Part shown: positions 60,339 to 64,000 of the stretch, piece by piece
How the letters are laid out: each line of letters starts with the position of its first letter
Position numbering within the stretch: position 1 is the first letter of the stretch
Assembly: GCF_035594765.1 (NCBI RefSeq)
Contig: NC_085841.1
Span: 83,065,574-83,129,573 of the forward strand
Length of the DNA stretch: 64,000 bases
Origin: Anolis carolinensis
Taxonomy: Eukaryota
Reading direction: 5' to 3'
The notes under the pieces: generated by a model
Seen by the model: only the letters and a program-made list of their open reading frames with translations
Databases searched by the model: none
Told to the model about the DNA's origin: nothing
Translations under genes and position numbers: made by a program

Positions 60339-60767
60339 TATATTTTAATTTATCTTATTTCTTATAACTAAGACTTAGAAGAAACTGCTCAACCTTTACA
60401 AAATAGGATGGAAAAATTGACCAAAATGGTGTATAATAGGCAAAAAGTTATAGCCATTTTTGGGAGAAAGGTCAGATTTGACACCAGGTTTGAGGTTCCC
60501 TGCCCTCAGCCTGCTACAGCTTCTCTAAAACACTGTTGCACAACTAACTAGGAGACAGATTTGCTGCTGTTGCTTGCTATGTATCTTCAAGCCATTTCTG
60601 AATTATGGCAACCCTAAGACAAACCCATTGTGGAGTTTTCTTGGCAATATTTATTCAAAATGGGTTTCTCTTGCCTTCATTTGAGACTTAGAAAATGTGA
60701 CCTGTTTAAGGTCAGCCTGTGCATTGCCATGGATGAGCAGATATTTGAACCCTGGTATCCCAGCATC

Positions 60768-60898
60768 GGTGTGAAGTGTGTTAAAGCACTGAGCTGCTGA
60801 ACTTGCAGACAAAAGGTCGCAGGTTCAAATCCCGGGAGCGGAGTAAGCACCCGCTATTAGCTCCAGCTTCTGCCAACCTAGCAGTTCGAAAACTGCTA

Positions 60899-60939
<41 letters not shown>

Positions 60940-61145
60940 CTGTATTTCTATTCACAATGTGAGTAGATCAATAGGCACCGCTCTGGCGGGAAGGTAACGG
61001 CACTCCATGCAGTCATGCTGGCCACATGACCTTGGAGGTGTCTACGGACAACACCGGCTCTTCGGCTTAGAAATGGAGATGAGCACCAACCCCCAGAGTC
61101 AGACATGACTGGACTTAACGTCAGGGGAAACCTTTACCTTTAACT
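60768..61145 (+). mobile_element. Sauria SINE with internal (ATT)n insertion, nested in an older antisense SINE (about 60565-61185)
   Basis: TSD TATCCCAGCATC (60756-60767, 61146-61157). Confidence 0.9.
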
Positions 61146-62321
61146 TATCCCAGCATCCTAGTCAAATCACTACACTACACTGGCTAGAGAAAGCTCCATA
61201 AAAGTTACTCTTATCTCTTGCAAGCAAGAGTCTGAGATCATTTTCAAAACAGCATTTTCTTTAGATGCACAAGTGAGCAGTGTTCAATTTTCAAGCTATT
61301 GTTGGACTACAAATCCCATCAGCCCTAAAGACTGAACAGTGGTGAAGAATTATAGGAACATTTGGAGGATTGCATGATTCCCACCCCAAGTCTTTCTTAG
61401 CAACCACACAAATTCATTCAGGACACTTTGGATCACCAAGCCCAGAATGCATTTAGATTCAAAGTTCAGACCAAACAGGAATAACTAGGCATGATAGATT
61501 AAAAGTCATGGTTATGCCTGTGGGAAATCTGCAGTAAATCTGCCTGCAGCCACTAGATGTTGCTGGCACACTGTACAGCTTGGATATTTGGTTATAAACT
61601 GATTTCTAGTATAATTTTGTCTCCCTACTTCATCATGTTTCTTAGCCCAGCTTCCCATGCGCCACTATAACAGTTTGAGACTATTTATTCTTTAAATGAG
61701 GAGAAAAATATTGTACTATACCAACATCGAATTAAGATACTGGGTGCTTTTACACGGTAGAATTCATGTGACACCTCTTTAACTTCCATGGCTCAATGCT
61801 GCGGGATCACGGGAGTTATAGTTTTACAAGGTCTGTAGCTTTCTTTGCCCAAGAGTGCTGGTGACTCACCAAAATAGAAATCAATAGAAATCAATTTCAT
61901 AGTATTGAGCTTTGGCACGTTGCTTCTAGAGTATAGATGTCTTTTTTTTAGATAAGAACATTATATTGACAAATGCTAAGAGTCAAAATAATAGAAATTG
62001 ATTTGATAGTGAATGGTTAAACCCAATGAAGCAAAGATGTGCTCTTATGGTGATATAAGAAAAATGGAGCTAAGAAGCTACCAAAATCCTTTTTTTAAAC
62101 TATGTATATAAACAACATATTTGGAGAGAAAAATGTTGCTATATAAAAGACTCATGGCCGGAGCTAGCTTTAGTTTTGACTCAGAAAGACATAGCGAAAT
62201 AGTGACACTTGCTTGCAGACTTCCCCGAGTCCCAGCTGTGACTCAGATTATATGGCATGTTGGAAAGAACATTTCATAAAATGATTTATTTAATAATACA
62301 TCTCAAGTGGATGATATGGCT

Positions 62322-62324
<3 letters not shown>

Positions 62325-62368
<44 letters not shown>
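62325..62368. repeat. (AT)n microsatellite
   Basis: Seen directly. Confidence 0.98.
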
Positions 62369-62376
<8 letters not shown>

Positions 62377-62699
62377 AGGAAGAGTTGAAATAAATAAAAT
62401 ATATATAAACGAAGAGAGAGATCGTAGTATCTTTGTCTATAATATATTGCTCTCTTTCCCTTTCTTCCATGTTTTGGTGCAGGTTTTCCATGAAATCTCA
62501 CATCCAGATACTGAGAAGTTCCAGAGCTGCTTTGCTTTGATATAATGGGCCCATCATGACTGCTCTTGACTTCACTAGAGTCTGGATGCATCCATACATG
62601 CACAATTGCCTTGACCACATTTTTCTCCACATCACATCCACATACACAATAACACCTCAGACAATATTCATAAAGTATCTTCTGTGCTGGCTCCTGCCA

Positions 62700-63580
62700 T
62701 GTTATGCCAAGTTCCAGTGAAATAAAAAACCTAAGAATCAAGCAAAGTCCTGATGTTAACACATAGAAAGCTAAAGTCCTTGCAGTGCTATAGTTTTAGC
62801 AGACAGTAGCCATTTGGAGTGATATAAATTCCATGTTCTGAGTTAAAATTACCATGGTCATGCCAAAAGAGCTCCAAAGCAACAAACAGCAAACCAGAAT
62901 TCCAATCCAAAGTCAACAAAGCCAGCAATCGAAAGCTAGCAGACACCGAGGTTAAAGCCAGAATCCAAAACACAGAAACCATGGTACAGTCCAGAGTCAA
63001 CAAGGCCAATAATCCGAAGTCCAGAATTACACCATGAAACAAAGATGTTGCCACCTACAATGGGACTGAAACCTTGAGAACCTTTTATCCAATGTTCTCA
63101 GGTGTTGCTTGTGTAGGGTCTATTTCTCTCTCATCTGTAGTCTAAAAGGGATTGAGCATGTAACCCTTCATCAGCTTGCCCTGATGTACTGGCTTCTACT
63201 TGCTCCTCCTGCTGGGAAGTGGTAGATACTGCTGAAGGCACCTCTTCTACAATTACTAAGCTAGGCTGGCAGGGCTGCTGGGAGCTACTGGTCTCCAATT
63301 CCAACACCCTTCCAACAACCCATCATCCTCACTGTCAGAGCTGATCAGGACAACTCCAAACACTCTCCTTTCACTCACAGTCACACCTAGCTTCACAAGG
63401 ATTCACTGAGCATTCATCAACAAACTCCTGTAAGATTCATTGACTGACATCAGCAGGCTTCTGGCTTCAGAATCATCACCTTAGCAAGTCACTTGTTTTC
63501 ACTAGTGAACTTGCTTTCTTATATTGTTGCCTGAATACTCATCCTCCATCCATCTTTCATTTGCCTTGTATGCTGGACAT
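62700..63580 (-). mobile_element. Possible old Gypsy-like LTR; boundaries uncertain
   Basis: Same A/C-skewed short-repeat block followed by a C/T-rich block as in the other solo LTRs. Confidence 0.4.
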
Positions 63581-64000
63581 CCACGCTGGTCTATGTGCTG
63601 AGCTGCTCTAAGTAAACTGGTGTAAATGTGAGATGGAGAATACATTTGAGAAGTTTGATAGTGTATGGATCACAAAGAGATGGAAGCTACAGAGATAGCA
63701 CAAACTTCAGGGACTGGTTGACTTCCAGTTAGGTCAAGAGTTCCCTCAAAATCAGAGGCTTCATCTTCTCTGTTTAGCCTTAGAATCCTGGTAAAAAGCA
63801 AGACTACAATAATAAATCAGTATGTACATAGACAAGGAAGACTGGACATTTATATATCCTTAGCTTTTGTCTCATAGAAACATTTCAGGTTGCTTCCTTG
63901 GAATGCAGTTTTTCTGCCTTTCTGGATAGATACTGCAGTGAGGTCTAGATACTGATGTGCAAAGATATAGCATTGAATGTCAATGTGGAATTGTCTATAT

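Overview
This is a 64-kb window of vertebrate genomic DNA, almost certainly from a squamate and probably an Anolis lizard (inferred from Sauria SINEs and the CR1/L2/RTE/Penelope/hAT repertoire). It holds one host gene, CITED2 (+ strand; non-coding exon 1 ending at 33321, intron 33322-34004, CDS 34012-34731), in a CpG island split by transposon insertions. The rest is intergenic and dense with often nested transposable elements. The main feature is an apparently very young 8.4-kb endogenous retrovirus (44261-52698) about 8 kb downstream of CITED2. It has two apparently identical, very long 2015-bp LTRs, a 4-bp TSD (AAAG) and a distorted tRNA-Arg(TCG)-type PBS. Its class-I (gamma-like) gag and integrase survive only as frameshifted remnants, with no recognisable PR or RT. 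In contrast, a 304-codon env frame (SU C-terminus plus complete TM) is uninterrupted and has alpharetrovirus (ASLV)-type architecture. It looks like a chimeric, non-autonomous retroviral lineage that keeps only an env TM. Other points of interest: Penelope hammerhead-ribozyme motifs (one near the CITED2 promoter), a solo LTR with an intact 131-codon ORF, and DNA transposons resembling mammalian Tigger4 and OC1 families. Repeat family names are from memory of consensus sequences, not from a database search.
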